From NCBI RefSeq assembly GCF_937871615.1, contig NZ_CALMPA010000059.1, positions 29,680-93,679 of the forward strand: 64,000 nt of DNA, read 5' to 3'. Within the stretch, counting starts at the first letter, position 1. Each line of letters starts with the position of its first letter. Positions 8,707-20,084 of the stretch are shown here, in pieces. This stretch comes from an uncultured Sphingomonas sp. Lineage in GTDB: Bacteria > Pseudomonadota > Alphaproteobacteria > Sphingomonadales > Sphingomonadaceae. The notes beneath the pieces are model-generated. The model saw only the letters and a list, made by a program, of their open reading frames with translations, did no database searches and was not told the origin of the DNA. Made by a program: the position numbers and the translations under genes.

Positions 8707-10686
8707 TTATTCCAGTTCCAGGATCACCTGATCGACCTGCAGGCTGTCGCCCGCCGCCGCATTGACCGATTTCACCACGGCGGTTTTCTCGGCGCGCAGG
8801 ATGTTCTCCATCTTCATCGCCTCGACCACCGCGAGCGCCTGCCCGGCCTCCACCTTGTCGCCCTGCTTCACGTCCAGCCGCACGAGCAGGCCCGGCATCG
8901 GCGCGATCAGGAAGCGCGACAGATCGGGCGGCACCTTCTCGATCAGGTGCTTCGCATAAGGCGCGATCCGCGCGGGCAGCACGCGCGCCTTGTGCGTCGC
9001 GCCGCGCGCGTTGAGCGTGAAGCCGGTGCTGGTGCGCGCGATCTTCACCGTGAGCGGCTCCTTGCCGCCCACCGTCGCGATGCGGTCGCCGGGTGCGTAA
9101 GCGATGTCGCCATCCACGGCCACGCCATCGACCGTCACGCCATCGGTGCCGACCGTCACCGCGTGATCGCTCTTGCCGATCCGCACCACCCAGTCAGCCG
9201 GTGCCGCAAGCGGGCCGCCAAGCTGGCCGTCGACCAGCCGCGCGCGCTCCGCCCATTCAGCCGCCGCATGTGCCGCGACGCCCGCCAGCGTGCGCACCAG
9301 CGCATCCGATGCCGGCGCGCCGTGGAAGCCATCGGGATATTCCTCCGCGATGAACCCGGTGGTGATATTGCCCGAACGGAAGCGCGGATGCTGCATCAGC
9401 GCGGAGACGAAATCGAGGTTGGTCCCCGGCCCGGCGATCTCGAACGCATCGAGCGCGGCGATCTGCCTGTCGATCGCCTCCTCACGTGTCTTGCCGTGGG
9501 TGATGAGCTTGGCGATCATCGGATCGTAGAACATGCTGACCTCGCCGCCCTCGCGCACGCCGTCATCGACGCGCACGCCATCGCCCGCCGCGGGGGGATT
9601 GTAGCGCACGAGGCGACCGATCGAGGGCAGGAAACCGCGATAGGGGTCTTCGGCATAGACGCGGTTCTCGACCGACCAGCCGTTGATCTTCACGTCCTTC
9701 TGGCCGAACGCCAATTTCTCGCCCGCCGCGACGCGGATCATCTGTTCGACCAGATCGAGCCCGGTGATCTCCTCCGTCACCGGATGCTCCACCTGAAGCC
9801 GGGTGTTCATTTCGAGGAAGTAGAAGCTCTCGCCGGTCTTGTCCGCGCCGGAGACGATCAGTTCGACCGTGCCCGCGCTGAAATAGCCCACCGCCTTGGC
9901 CAGCGCGACCGCCTGCTCGCCCATCGCCTTGCGCATCTTGGGCGTGACGAACGGCGACGGTGCTTCCTCCACCACCTTCTGGTGGCGGCGCTGCACCGAG
10001 CATTCTCGCTCGTTGAGGTAAAGGACGTTGCCGTGCTGATCGCCCAGCACCTGAATTTCGATGTGGCGCGGGCTTTCGATGAACTTCTCGATGAACACGC
10101 GATCGTCGCCGAAGCTCGCCAGCCCCTCGCGCTTGGTCGCCTCGAAGCCCTCGCGCACGTCCTTTTCGGACCATGCGAGGCGCATCCCCTTGCCGCCGCC
10201 GCCGGCAGAGGCCTTCATCATCACCGGATAGCCGATATCGGACGCGATCTTCACCGCCGCCTCGGTATCCGCGATCTCGCCGAGGAAGCCGGGGACGACA
10301 TTGACGCCCGCCTGCTTGGCGAGCTTCTTCGATTCGATCTTGTCGCCCATCGCGGCGATCGCCTTGGGCGGCGGGCCGACGAAGGCGATGCCCGCGTCCG
10401 CACAAGCCTTGGCGAAGCTCTCGCGTTCGGAAAGGAAGCCATAGCCGGGGTGGATGCAGTCCGCACCCGTAGCCTTGGCGGCTTCGAGGATCAGATCGGC
10501 CTTGAGATAGCTCTCCGCCGCCGGCGCCGGCCCAAGCCGCACCGCCTCATCCGCCATCAGCACATGCGGCGCGCGCGCATCCGCATCCGAATAGACCGCG
10601 ACGGTGGCGATCCCCATCTTCTTCGCCGTACGAAACACCCGGCAAGCGATTTCGCCACGATTGGCGACAAGGATTTTCTTGAACAT
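8707..10686 (-). CDS. pccA: propionyl-CoA carboxylase alpha subunit (biotin carboxylase + BCCP)
   Basis: 659 aa with an ATP-grasp biotin carboxylase N-terminus and a C-terminal biotinyl-lysine motif VVEAMKMENI. It sits in an operon with pccB and mcm. Confidence 0.9.
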   Translation of the reverse strand: MFKKILVANRGEIACRVFRTAKKMGIATVAVYSDADARAPHVLMADEAVRLGPAPAAESYLKADLILEAAKATGADCIHPGYGFLSERESFAKACADAGIAFVGPPPKAIAAMGDKIESKKLAKQAGVNVVPGFLGEIADTEAAVKIASDIGYPVMMKASAGGGGKGMRLAWSEKDVREGFEATKREGLASFGDDRVFIEKFIESPRHIEIQVLGDQHGNVLYLNERECSVQRRHQKVVEEAPSPFVTPKMRKAMGEQAVALAKAVGYFSAGTVELIVSGADKTGESFYFLEMNTRLQVEHPVTEEITGLDLVEQMIRVAAGEKLAFGQKDVKINGWSVENRVYAEDPYRGFLPSIGRLVRYNPPAAGDGVRVDDGVREGGEVSMFYDPMIAKLITHGKTREEAIDRQIAALDAFEIAGPGTNLDFVSALMQHPRFRSGNITTGFIAEEYPDGFHGAPASDALVRTLAGVAAHAAAEWAERARLVDGQLGGPLAAPADWVVRIGKSDHAVTVGTDGVTVDGVAVDGDIAYAPGDRIATVGGKEPLTVKIARTSTGFTLNARGATHKARVLPARIAPYAKHLIEKVPPDLSRFLIAPMPGLLVRLDVKQGDKVEAGQALAVVEAMKMENILRAEKTAVVKSVNAAAGDSLQVDQVILELE

Positions 10687-10759
10687 TCAGCTTCCTCAAA
10701 TCATTCGCCGGGCGCGAACACGCCGGAACCTAATCCCACTAATCGTCATGCTGGACGGC

Positions 10760-11767
10760 TTATTCAGCCGCCGCACACACCCGCATCGGTTCCTCGGCCT
10801 CCATCGGGCGCACGCCGAGCTTGGCGAACAACGCCGCATCCGCGCTGTCGCCCCGATTACCGGTGGTCAGCAGCTTGTCGCCGGTGAAGATCGAGTTCGC
10901 GCCGGCCATGAAGCAGAGCGCCTGCGTCGCTTCCGACATGCTCTCGCGTCCCGCCGACAGGCGCACCATGCTCATCGGCATGGTGATGCGCGCCACCGCC
11001 ACGGTGCGGACGAATTCGATATCGTCGATCTTGGCGAGCGGCGTGTCGGCGAGCATGTCGCCCAGCACCGTGCCCTTCACCGGCACCAGCGCGTTGACCG
11101 GCACGCTTTCCGGGTGGCGCGGCAGGGTGGCAAGCGCGTGGACGAAGCCGACGCGATCCGCACGCGTTTCGCCCATGCCGACGATCCCGCCGCAGCACAC
11201 GTTGATGCCGGCCTGCCGCACATTCTCCAGCGTCTCCAGCCGATCGGCGAAGGTGCGCGTGGTGATGACGGAATCATAACGCTCGGGCGAGGTGTCGATA
11301 TTGTGATTGTAATAATCCAGCCCCGCATCGGCGAGCTGCGCCGCCTGCGCGGGGGTGAGCATCCCCAGCGTCATGCAGGTTTCCATGCCCATCTGGCGCA
11401 CGCCCTTCACCATCTCGATGATGGCGGGCATGTCCCTGTCCTTGGGGTTGCGCCACGCAGCGCCCATGCAGAAGCGCTGCGAGCCGGAGTCCTTCGCCTG
11501 CGCCGCCATCTGGAGCACGGCGCGCGGGTCCATCAGCTTGGTCGCCTTCACCCCGCTTTCGGCGCTCGCGGATTGCGAGCAATAGCCGCAATCCTCCGGG
11601 CAGCCGCCGGTCTTGATCGAGAGCAGCGTGCACATCTGCACCTCGCCCGCCGCGTGATGCGCGCGGTGGACGGTCTGCGCCTGATACATCAGCTCATCGA
11701 ACGGCAGGTCGAACAGCGCCGCGATCTCGTCGCGCGTCCAGTCGTTGCGGATGGTCATGTCGGTCAT
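10760..11767 (-). CDS. bioB: biotin synthase
   Basis: Radical-SAM motif [10 protein letters not shown] and BioB-typical YNHNIDTS and GGIVGMGE. Confidence 0.93.
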   Translation of the reverse strand: MTDMTIRNDWTRDEIAALFDLPFDELMYQAQTVHRAHHAAGEVQMCTLLSIKTGGCPEDCGYCSQSASAESGVKATKLMDPRAVLQMAAQAKDSGSQRFCMGAAWRNPKDRDMPAIIEMVKGVRQMGMETCMTLGMLTPAQAAQLADAGLDYYNHNIDTSPERYDSVITTRTFADRLETLENVRQAGINVCCGGIVGMGETRADRVGFVHALATLPRHPESVPVNALVPVKGTVLGDMLADTPLAKIDDIEFVRTVAVARITMPMSMVRLSAGRESMSEATQALCFMAGANSIFTGDKLLTTGNRGDSADAALFAKLGVRPMEAEEPMRVCAAAE

Positions 11768-13041
11768 GCTGCGTCCAGTGCCTGCGCCAGATCGGCGATG
11801 ATGTCGGCAATATTCTCGATGCCCACCGAAACGCGCACCACGTCCGGCCCCGCGCCCGAGGCCGCGCGCTCCGCATCGGGAAGCTGCCGATGGGTGGTCG
11901 AGGCGGGATGGATGATGAGGCTTCGCGTATCGCCGAGATTGGCGAGGTGGCTGAACAGCCTGACCTTCGATACGAGCGCGATGCCCGCGTCATATCCGCC
12001 CTTCAGGCCGAAGGTGAACACCGCCCCGCCCTTGCCGCCAAGGTAACGCTGCGCGAGCGCGTGATATTTGTCCCCCGGCAGCCCGGCATAGGAAACCCAG
12101 GCCACCTTGGGATGGCTCGACAGCCATTGCGCGAGCGCCAGCGCGTTATCGCAATGCCGCTCCATGCGCAGCGCCAGCGTTTCCATGCCGGTGAGCGCGA
12201 GAAAGGCGTTCATCGGCGCCAGCGCCGGCCCGAGATCGCGCAGCCCCAGCGCGCGACACGCCAGGATGAAGGCGGCGTTGCCGAACGCCTCGGTGAACAC
12301 CTTGCCGTGATAAGAGGCGTTCGGTTGGCTGAGATAGGGATATTTCCCGCCCTTCGCCCAATCGAACTTACCCGCATCGACGATCACGCCGCCGATCGAA
12401 TTGCCGTGGCCGTTCAGGAACTTGGTGAGCGAATGCACCACCACGTCCGCGCCATGCTCGATCGGGCGGCACAGCACCGGGGTGGCGAGCGTGTTATCCA
12501 CGATCAGCGGCACGCCAGCGTCATGCGCCACTTTCGCGATCGCCGCGATATCCTGCACCACGCCGCCGGGGTTGGCGAGGCTCTCGATGAACACCGCGCG
12601 GGTATCGGCGGTGATCGCGGCGGCGACATTGGCGGGATCGTCCGCATCGACGAACGTGGAATCCCACGCCATCTTCTTGAAGCTCGATCCGATCTGGTTG
12701 AGCGATCCGCCATAAAGCCGCTTCGAGGCGACGATATGCTTGCCCGGCTCCATCAGCGTGTGGAACGTGAGGAACTGCGCGGCATGGCCCGATGCCACCG
12801 CAAGCGCGGCGACGCCGCCCTCCAGCGCCGCGACCTTGCCCTCAAGCGCGCCGCTGGTGGGGTTCATCAGCCGCGTGTAAATGTTGCCCGGCGCATCGAG
12901 GTTGAACAGCGCCGCCGCGTGATCGACATCGTCGAACACATAGGACGCCGTCTGGTAGATCGGCGTGATCCGCGCCTTGGTCGTCGGATCGGGTTCCGTC
13001 CCGGCGTGGACGGTGAGCGTTTCGATATGCTGCGCGGTCAT
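11764..13041 (-). CDS. metY: O-acetylhomoserine sulfhydrylase (aminocarboxypropyltransferase)
   Basis: 425 aa of the Cys/Met-metabolism PLP family, with the PLP-lysine context [15 protein letters not shown]. It has ATGA overlaps with mcm (13038-13041) and bioB (11764-11767). Confidence 0.88.
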   Translation of the reverse strand: MTAQHIETLTVHAGTEPDPTTKARITPIYQTASYVFDDVDHAAALFNLDAPGNIYTRLMNPTSGALEGKVAALEGGVAALAVASGHAAQFLTFHTLMEPGKHIVASKRLYGGSLNQIGSSFKKMAWDSTFVDADDPANVAAAITADTRAVFIESLANPGGVVQDIAAIAKVAHDAGVPLIVDNTLATPVLCRPIEHGADVVVHSLTKFLNGHGNSIGGVIVDAGKFDWAKGGKYPYLSQPNASYHGKVFTEAFGNAAFILACRALGLRDLGPALAPMNAFLALTGMETLALRMERHCDNALALAQWLSSHPKVAWVSYAGLPGDKYHALAQRYLGGKGGAVFTFGLKGGYDAGIALVSKVRLFSHLANLGDTRSLIIHPASTTHRQLPDAERAASGAGPDVVRVSVGIENIADIIADLAQALDAA

Positions 13042-15179
13042 TCCGCTGCCTCCGCTTCGGGCGGCATGTTGTGGCCGAGCAGCCGCAACACATCCTCCGC
13101 CGCCTTGATGAGATTGGTGCCGGGGCCGAAGATCGCCTGCACCCCGGCATCGTACAATGCCTGATAATCCTGCGCCGGGATCACGCCGCCCGCCACCACC
13201 TTGATATCGGCGCGGCCGGCATCCTTCAGATGGCCGATCAACTCCGGGATCAGCGTCTTGTGCCCCGCCGCGAGGCTGGAGGCGCCGACCACGTCGACAT
13301 CCTTGTCCAGCGCCAGCGCGGCGGCTTCCTGCGGGGTCTGGAACAATGGCCCGGCGACCACCTCGAAACCGAGATCGCCGAACATCGAGGAGACGAGGTT
13401 CGCGCCGCGATCATGCCCGTCCTGCCCCATCTTGGCGACGAAGATGCGGGGCTTCCGGCCAAGCCGCCGCTCGGTGGAATCGACGCCGCGCAGCAGCCGC
13501 GCCCAGCGTTCGTCATCGGTATAGGCGCCGCCATAGATGCCCTTCACCGGCGTGGGGAAGGTGCCGAAGCGCCCGAACACATCCTCCATCGCAAGCGAGA
13601 TTTCGCCGAGCGTGGCGCGCGCGCGCGCCGCCGCGACCGCCAGTTCCAGCAGATTGCCGTCGCCCTTCGCGCCCTCGCGCAGCGCATCGAGCGCGGCGGT
13701 GCACGCCGCCTGATCGCGCGTCGCCTTCACCTGATTGATGCGGCGGATCTGCGCCTCGCGCACGGCATGGTTATCGACATCGAGAATCTCGATCTCGTCC
13801 TCGTTGGCGAGGCGATATTTGTTGACGCCGACGATCACGTCCTCTCCGCGATCGACCCGCGCGGCGCGCCCGGCCGATGCTTCCTCGATCATCGCCTTGG
13901 GCCAGCCCGCCGCCACGGCCTTCGCCATGCCGCCCTCGCGCTCGACGCGCTCGATGATCTCCCACGCGCCATCGACGAGCTGCTGCGTCAGGCTTTCGAT
14001 GTAATAGGAGCCGCCGAGGGGATCGACCACCTTGGTCATCCCGGTTTCTTCCTGGATCACGATCTGCGTGTTGCGCGCGATGCGGGCGGAGAAATCGGTG
14101 GGCAGCGCGATCGCCTCGTCGAGCGCGTTGGTGTGGAGCGACTGGGTGCCGCCCAGCATCGCCGCCATCGCCTCGATCGTGGTGCGGATCACGTTGTTGT
14201 ACGGATCCTGCTCCGTCAGCGACACGCCGCTGGTCTGGCAATGCGTGCGCAGCATCTTGCTGCGTTCGTCCTTCGCGCCCAGCTTGGTCATCACGCGGTG
14301 CCACAGCACGCGCGCCGCGCGCAGCTTCGCCACTTCCATGAAGAAGTTCATGCCGATCGCGAAGAAGAAGCTGAGCCGCCCGGCGAACTTGTCGATATCA
14401 AGGCCGGAGGCGACGCCGTATTTCACATATTCCGCGCCGTCCGCGATGGTGAACGCCAGCTCCTGAAGCTGCGTCGCGCCCGCTTCCTGCATGTGATAGC
14501 CGGAGATCGAGATCGAATTGAACTTCGGCATCTCGCGGCTGGTATAGCCGAAGATGTCCGAGATGATCCGCATCGACGGTTCCGGCGGGTAGATATAGGT
14601 GTTGCGGACCATGAACTCCTTGAGGATGTCGTTCTGGATGGTCCCGTCGAGCAATTTGCGCTCGACCCCCTGTTCCTCGCCCGCAACGATGAAGAAGGCG
14701 AGGATCGGGATCACCGCGCCGTTCATCGTCATCGACACGCTCATCTGATCGAGCGGGATGCCGTCGAACAGGATTTTCATGTCCTCGACGCTGTCGATCG
14801 CGACGCCCGCCTTGCCGACATCGCCCGTCACGCGCGGATGATCGCTGTCATACCCGCGATGCGTCGCGAGATCGAACGCGACCGACAGCCCCTTCTGCCC
14901 CGCCGCGAGATTGCGGCGATAGAAAGCGTTCGATTCCTCCGCCGTGGAGAAGCCGGCATATTGCCGGATCGTCCACGGGCGGCCCGCATACATGGAGGCG
15001 CGCACGCCGCGCGTGAACGGCGCGAAGCCGGGCAGGCCCGGATCTACGCCCACGTCATCCGCGGTGTAGAGCGGCTTGACCGCGATCCCCTCCGGCGTGT
15101 GCCAAGTGAGATCCCTGCCCTTCACCTCCTTGGCGGCGGCGGCGGACCAGTTGTCGAGCGTCGGCTTGCTGTCGGTCAT
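13038..15179 (-). CDS. mcm: methylmalonyl-CoA mutase, single-chain (B12-dependent)
   Basis: 713 aa with a TIM-barrel substrate domain and a C-terminal B12-binding DxHxxG motif (GQDGHDRGA). Confidence 0.92.
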   Translation of the reverse strand: MTDSKPTLDNWSAAAAKEVKGRDLTWHTPEGIAVKPLYTADDVGVDPGLPGFAPFTRGVRASMYAGRPWTIRQYAGFSTAEESNAFYRRNLAAGQKGLSVAFDLATHRGYDSDHPRVTGDVGKAGVAIDSVEDMKILFDGIPLDQMSVSMTMNGAVIPILAFFIVAGEEQGVERKLLDGTIQNDILKEFMVRNTYIYPPEPSMRIISDIFGYTSREMPKFNSISISGYHMQEAGATQLQELAFTIADGAEYVKYGVASGLDIDKFAGRLSFFFAIGMNFFMEVAKLRAARVLWHRVMTKLGAKDERSKMLRTHCQTSGVSLTEQDPYNNVIRTTIEAMAAMLGGTQSLHTNALDEAIALPTDFSARIARNTQIVIQEETGMTKVVDPLGGSYYIESLTQQLVDGAWEIIERVEREGGMAKAVAAGWPKAMIEEASAGRAARVDRGEDVIVGVNKYRLANEDEIEILDVDNHAVREAQIRRINQVKATRDQAACTAALDALREGAKGDGNLLELAVAAARARATLGEISLAMEDVFGRFGTFPTPVKGIYGGAYTDDERWARLLRGVDSTERRLGRKPRIFVAKMGQDGHDRGANLVSSMFGDLGFEVVAGPLFQTPQEAAALALDKDVDVVGASSLAAGHKTLIPELIGHLKDAGRADIKVVAGGVIPAQDYQALYDAGVQAIFGPGTNLIKAAEDVLRLLGHNMPPEAEAAE

Positions 15180-15199
15180 GTCACTCTAACTCCGGGGCG

Positions 15200-15988
15200 T
15201 TACGCGCCCTTGAACTCCGGCTTGCGCTTCTGGAGGAAGGCCATGCCGCCCTCGCGCGCGTCCGCCGTGCCACCGGCGATGCGCTGGCCCTCCGCCTCGG
15301 CGCGCAGCACCTCGTCGAACGAACCGTCGAGCGCGGTCATCACGTTGCGGCGCATCGTCGCCAGCGCCACGGTCGGCCCGGCGGCGAGCCGCGTCGCCAG
15401 CGCCAGCGCCTCGTCCTGCAACGCGGCATCATCCACCGCCTTGTAGATCAGCCCCCAGCTTTCGGCCTGTTCCGCGCCGATCCGCTCGCCCAGCATCATC
15501 ATCCGCGTCGCGCGCGCCTTGCCGATCGCCTTGGCGAGCAGCCAGGTCGATCCGCCGTCGGGCACCAGCCCGATGTTGACGAACGCCTGAAGGAAATAGG
15601 CGCTCTTGCCCGCAAGCACGAAATCGCCAGCGAGGCCCATCGAGCAGCCGACCCCCGCCGCCGGGCCGTTGACCGCGGTGACGACAGGCACGCCAAGCCG
15701 CATGATCTGCGACAGCGCCGGATTGTAATAATTCATCAGCGCGCGGTGGCTCGCGTCGCCCCCGCTCACCGCACTCGCCCCGCCGCGCGCCTGAAGATCG
15801 GCGCCCGAACAAAACGCCCGCCCCGCCCCGGTGATAAGCACCGCGCGCGCGCCTTGCAGATCGTAGAGCGCGGTGGAGAGATCCTCCGCCATCTGCAACG
15901 ACGCGGCATTCAGCCGATCGGGGCGGTTGAGCGTGATGACGAGGACATCGCCCTTCTTCTCGGTCAGGATCGTTTCATATTCGGCCAT
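15200..15988 (-). CDS. enoyl-CoA hydratase/isomerase family protein
   Basis: 262 aa. Crotonase fold signature GAGRAFCSGADL. Confidence 0.8.
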   Translation of the reverse strand: MAEYETILTEKKGDVLVITLNRPDRLNAASLQMAEDLSTALYDLQGARAVLITGAGRAFCSGADLQARGGASAVSGGDASHRALMNYYNPALSQIMRLGVPVVTAVNGPAAGVGCSMGLAGDFVLAGKSAYFLQAFVNIGLVPDGGSTWLLAKAIGKARATRMMMLGERIGAEQAESWGLIYKAVDDAALQDEALALATRLAAGPTVALATMRRNVMTALDGSFDEVLRAEAEGQRIAGGTADAREGGMAFLQKRKPEFKGA

Positions 15989-15998
15989 GTCTCTCTCC

Positions 15999-16418
15999 TC
16001 AGTGGTCGCCTTTGGGCGACTCCATCAACTCGACGAGCATCCCGCCGAAATCCTTGGGGTGGACGAACACGATCGGCGTGCCATGCGCGCCGATGCGCGG
16101 CTCGCCGAGCACGGTCGCGCCGTTCGCCTTCATATGCGCCACCGCTTCGTGGATATCCGGCACCTCGAAGCAGACGTGATGCTGCCCGCCCGCCGGGTTC
16201 TTCTTCAGGAACCCCGCGATCGGCGATGTCTCGTCATACGGCTCGATCAACTCGATCTGCGTGTTGGGCGCATCGACGAAGCACACCTTCACGCCCTGCG
16301 CGGGCAGGTCGAACGGCTCCCCGATCTTCTCCGCGCCGAGCAGCAGGCGATAGGTCTCGATCGACTTGGCGATCGACGGCGTCGCGACGCCGACATGGTT
16401 GAGGCGGCCTAGCTTCAT
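15999..16418 (-). CDS. mce: methylmalonyl-CoA epimerase (VOC family)
   Basis: 139 aa with a glyoxalase/VOC fold (LNHVGVAT..., HHVCFEV). It lies between pccB and mcm. Confidence 0.85.
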   Translation of the reverse strand: MKLGRLNHVGVATPSIAKSIETYRLLLGAEKIGEPFDLPAQGVKVCFVDAPNTQIELIEPYDETSPIAGFLKKNPAGGQHHVCFEVPDIHEAVAHMKANGATVLGEPRIGAHGTPIVFVHPKDFGGMLVELMESPKGDH

Positions 16419-16445
16419 TTCTTCATCCTCGCCGGAGCGGCAATA

Positions 16446-17972
16446 TCACAACGGAATATTGTCATGCTTCTTCCACGGGTTCTCCAGGCTCTTGCCGCGG
16501 AGTTTCCGCAAGCCCAGCGCGATGCGGCGGCGGGTGGAATGCGGCTGGATCACCTCGTCGATGAAGCCCTTGGCCGCCGCGACGAACGGGTTGGCGAAGC
16601 GCGCTTCATATTCGCGGGTCTTTTCCGCGATGCCTTCCTCGTTCAGCCCACGGAAGATGATCTCCACCGCGCCCTTCGCGCCCATCACCGCGATCTCGGC
16701 GGTCGGCCACGCGTAATTCAGATCCCCGCGCAGATGCTTCGATGCCATCACGTCATAGGCGCCGCCATAGGCCTTGCGCGTGATGACGGTGATCTTGGGC
16801 ACGGTCGCCTCGGCATAAGCGAACAGCAGCTTGGCGCCATGCTTGATGATGCCGTTGTGTTCCTGGCTCGTGCCCGGCAGGAAGCCCGGCACGTCCACCA
16901 GCGTGACGATCGGGATATCGAACGCGTCGCAGAAGCGCACGAAGCGCGCCGCCTTCTTCGATGAATTGATATCGAGCACGCCCGCCAGCACCATCGGCTG
17001 ATTGGCGACGAAGCCGACCGACTTGCCCTCGATCCGCCCGAAGCCGCAGATGATGTTCGCCGCATGGCCCGGCTGGATTTCGAAGAACTCGCCCTCGTCC
17101 ACCACCTTGCGGATCAGCTCGTGCATATCATACGGCTGGTTGGCAGAGGGCGGGATCAGCGTATCGAGGCTCGGCTCCAGCCGGTCCCACGGATCGTCGG
17201 TCGGGCGCTCGGGCACGGGCGAGCGGTTCGATTCCGGCAGGTAATCGACGAAATCGCGCACCGCGAGCAGCGCCTCGATATCGTCGTCGAACGCATTGTC
17301 GGCAACGCTCGTCTTGGTGGTGTGGGTGACGGCGCCGCCCAGCGCCTCCTGCGTCACCACCTCGTTGGTCACCGTCTTCACCACGTCCGGCCCGGTGACG
17401 AACATGTACGAGGAATCCTTCACCATGAAGATGAAGTCGGTCATCGCGGGCGAATAAACCGCGCCGCCCGCGCACGGCCCCATGATGACGCTGATCTGCG
17501 GCACCACGCCCGAGGCGAGCACGTTGCGCTGGAACACCTCGGCATAGCCGCCGAGCGAGGCCACGCCCTCCTGAATCCGGGCACCACCCGAATCGTTCAG
17601 GCCGATGACAGGCGCGCCGACCTTCATCGCCATGTCCATCACCTTGCAGATCTTCTGCGCATGGCGCTCGGACAGCGACCCGCCGAACACGGTGAAATCC
17701 TGGCTGAACAGGAACACGAGGCGCCCGTTGATCGTGCCCGATCCGGTGACGACGCCATCGCCGGGGAAGACCTGATCCTGCATCCCGAAATCGACGCAAT
17801 TATGCTCGACGAACATGTCGAGTTCCTCGAACGAGCCTTCGTCGAGCAGCACCTCGACGCGTTCGCGCGCGGTGAGCTTGCCCTTGGCGTGCTGCGCGTC
17901 GATGCGCTTCTGCCCGCCTCCCGCCCGCGCGGCGGCGCGCTTGCGTTCCAGTTCCTCGATCGTCGACGACAT
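16446..17972 (-). CDS. pccB: propionyl-CoA carboxylase beta subunit (carboxyltransferase)
   Basis: ORF 16446..18122. The start was moved to ATG 17972 ([12 protein letters not shown]...). The 50 codons upstream of that are intergenic and contain repeats. Confidence 0.92.
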   Translation of the reverse strand: MSSTIEELERKRAAARAGGGQKRIDAQHAKGKLTARERVEVLLDEGSFEELDMFVEHNCVDFGMQDQVFPGDGVVTGSGTINGRLVFLFSQDFTVFGGSLSERHAQKICKVMDMAMKVGAPVIGLNDSGGARIQEGVASLGGYAEVFQRNVLASGVVPQISVIMGPCAGGAVYSPAMTDFIFMVKDSSYMFVTGPDVVKTVTNEVVTQEALGGAVTHTTKTSVADNAFDDDIEALLAVRDFVDYLPESNRSPVPERPTDDPWDRLEPSLDTLIPPSANQPYDMHELIRKVVDEGEFFEIQPGHAANIICGFGRIEGKSVGFVANQPMVLAGVLDINSSKKAARFVRFCDAFDIPIVTLVDVPGFLPGTSQEHNGIIKHGAKLLFAYAEATVPKITVITRKAYGGAYDVMASKHLRGDLNYAWPTAEIAVMGAKGAVEIIFRGLNEEGIAEKTREYEARFANPFVAAAKGFIDEVIQPHSTRRRIALGLRKLRGKSLENPWKKHDNIPL

Positions 17973-18020
17973 ACGCTTCTCCGGGTGCAACGCGCCCTTC
18001 CATAGGTGCGCGGGCGGGAA

Positions 18021-18064
18021 GCGCAAATGTGAACTTGCGAATTTGCGAAAGCGCGATTTGCGAA
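18021..18064. promoter_or_regulatory. cluster of TTTGCGAA-type repeats, candidate ScfR/PccR operator
   Basis: GCGCAAAT (18021-18028, inverted copy), CTTGCGAA (18034-18041), TTTGCGAA (18042-18049) and TTTGCGAA (18057-18064). All lie in the divergent pccB/pccR intergenic region. Confidence 0.45.
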
Positions 18065-18083
18065 CACTCCCGAACCGCACTAT

Positions 18084-18178
18084 CGTCATTCCCGCGCAGG
18101 CGGAATCCAGATGCGCGACCACTACGGCTCCACCGCAAAGGCGTGGAAGAATGGATTCCCGCCTGCGCGGGAATGACG
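18084..18178. repeat. pair of inverted REP-like elements
   Basis: cgtcattcccgcgcaggcggaatcc (18084-18108) is the near reverse complement of ggattcccgcctgcgcgggaatgacg (18153-18178). Each copy is itself a hairpin. A tandem gcgg(g)gaatgacgggaaa x2 follows at 18167-18202. Confidence 0.55.
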
Positions 18179-18208
18179 GGAAACGCGGGGAATGACGGGA
18201 AAGAGGCG

Positions 18209-19567
18209 ATGCCCAGACTTTACGCCGGCCAGCAATTGCGCGCCCTGCGCCTCACCACGGGGCTGAACCAGCGCGCCATGGCGGCGCGGCTCGGGCTGTC
18301 GGTGAGCTATCTCTCGCAGCTCGAAACCGGGGAGCGCCCGCTCACCCCCGCCGTCACCACCGCGCTCGCGCGTCATTATCCACATGCGCTGGCGGCGATC
18401 GAGGGCGAGGCGCCCGCGCGGCGGCTGGCGGCGCTGGGCGAGGCGCTGGCCGATCCCGCGCTCGCCCCGCTCGACGCCGATGAGGCCGCGCGGCTGGCGG
18501 AGGAGCGCCCCGATCTCGCGGATCGGCTGATCGCGCTCCATGCCGCCAAGCGCGCGGCGGAGGAACGCCTCGCCATCGCGGAGGAATCGATGACCGCGGG
18601 CACCGGCGCGCGCCTGCCGTGGGAGGCGGTGCGGGACTGGTTCCACGAAGCGGGGAATTACGTCGATCCGCTCGATCGCGCGGCGGAGGCGCTGGCCGAT
18701 GCCGCACACAACGGGCTGGCGGACGCGCTGCGCGATCACGGCATCGCGCTCGCCGAGGACAAGAACGAGGATGCCCCCCTCGCCCGGTTCGACCATGCGA
18801 CCCTCACGCTCAACGCCGCGCTGCCGCCCGAAAGCCGCCGCTTCCTGATCGCCCACCGCCTCGCCGCCACCGCCTTCGCGGACGAGATCGAGACGATCGT
18901 GGCCGGTGCCGACGTGCCCGGCGCGGAGGCGCGGCGGCTGCTCGCGGTGGGGCTCGCCAATTATGCGGCGGGGGCGCTGGTGATGCCCTATGCCCCGTTT
19001 CGCGCCGAGGCGCGGCGGCTGCGCCACGATATCGACCGGCTCTCGCGCCGCTTCGGAGTGAGCTTCGAGCAGGCGTGCCATCGCCTCTCCACGCTCCAGC
19101 GCGCGGGAGCGGAGGGCGTGCCCTTCTATTTCTGCCGCGTCGATATGGCGGGGAACATCACCAAGCGCCATTCCGCCACCCGGCTGCAATTCGCGCGGTT
19201 CGGCGGCGCCTGCCCGTTGTGGCATGTGCATGAAGCGGTCGCGATCCCCGATCGCATCCTCGTCCAGCACGCCGAGACGCCCGATGGCGTGCGCTATATC
19301 TCGATGGCGAAGGGGCTGGTGAAGCCATCGGGCAGCTTCGCGCGCAGCCCGCGCCGCTACGCCGTGGTGCTGGGCTGCGAGGCGACCCACGCCGCCGATT
19401 TCGTCTATGCCGACGCGGTGGACCGCACACGCGCGCCAACACCGATCGGCATTTCCTGCCGCCTGTGCCCGCGCGACGATTGCGACCAGCGCGCCTTCCC
19501 GCCGACCGACCGCGCGATCGCGGTGGAGCCGGCGATCCGCCGCGTCGTTCCGTATCGCGTGGTATAA
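18209..19567 (+). CDS. pccR: XRE-type HTH regulator with ImmA/IrrE-like domain, short-chain fatty acyl-CoA regulator (ScfR) family, PccR-like
   Basis: ORF 18029..19567. The start was moved to ATG 18209 (GGGAAAGAGG upstream). The N-terminal HTH is [17 protein letters not shown]. It is about 450 aa and divergent from pccB. Confidence 0.72.
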   Translation: MPRLYAGQQLRALRLTTGLNQRAMAARLGLSVSYLSQLETGERPLTPAVTTALARHYPHALAAIEGEAPARRLAALGEALADPALAPLDADEAARLAEERPDLADRLIALHAAKRAAEERLAIAEESMTAGTGARLPWEAVRDWFHEAGNYVDPLDRAAEALADAAHNGLADALRDHGIALAEDKNEDAPLARFDHATLTLNAALPPESRRFLIAHRLAATAFADEIETIVAGADVPGAEARRLLAVGLANYAAGALVMPYAPFRAEARRLRHDIDRLSRRFGVSFEQACHRLSTLQRAGAEGVPFYFCRVDMAGNITKRHSATRLQFARFGGACPLWHVHEAVAIPDRILVQHAETPDGVRYISMAKGLVKPSGSFARSPRRYAVVLGCEATHAADFVYADAVDRTRAPTPIGISCRLCPRDDCDQRAFPPTDRAIAVEPAIRRVVPYRVV

Positions 19568-19592
19568 GCAAGCCGAAAGCAGGAGTGATCCC

Positions 19593-20078
19593 ATGCCGGA
19601 ATATCAATGGCGCGCGATGACAGCGGACGATCTGCCGACGGTCGCCGCGATCTCCGATCGCGTCCACGGCGATTTCACCGAAGACGGCGCGGTCTATGCC
19701 GAGCGGCTCGCGCTATATCCCGCCGGTTGCCTGGTTCTTGCCGGGCAGCGCGAGATCGCGGGCTATCTCATCGCCCATCCGTGGCATCGCGCCACCCCGC
19801 CCGCGCTTGGCGCGACGCTCGGCGCGATCCCGGCCGACGCGGACAGCTATTACCTACACGATATCGCGCTGCTGCCATCCGCGCGCGGCAGCGGCGCCGG
19901 GCGCACGGCGATCGGGCTGGCGATGGATCAGGCGCGCGCCGCCGGGCTTGGCGAGATCGCGCTGATCGCGGTCAACGGCGCGGACAAATTCTGGGCGGCA
20001 CAGGGTTTCGTTTACGCCGGCCCCGCGCCTTATGGCGCGGATACCTGGCTCATGCATCGGCCCGTTGCGCGCGGCTGA
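19593..20078 (+). CDS. GNAT-family N-acetyltransferase
   Basis: ATG 19593 is preceded by AGGAG. Acetyl-CoA-binding-like motif RGSGAGRTAIGLAMDQA. 161 aa. Confidence 0.75.
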   Translation: MPEYQWRAMTADDLPTVAAISDRVHGDFTEDGAVYAERLALYPAGCLVLAGQREIAGYLIAHPWHRATPPALGATLGAIPADADSYYLHDIALLPSARGSGAGRTAIGLAMDQARAAGLGEIALIAVNGADKFWAAQGFVYAGPAPYGADTWLMHRPVARG

Positions 20079-20084
20079 TCCGCT

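Noticed and set aside
18029-18208. A 60-codon N-terminal extension of pccR (…[20 protein letters not shown]).
   Set aside because: This peptide is encoded by the REP-like hairpins and the operator repeats. The HTH domain starts right after ATG 18209, which has an SD.
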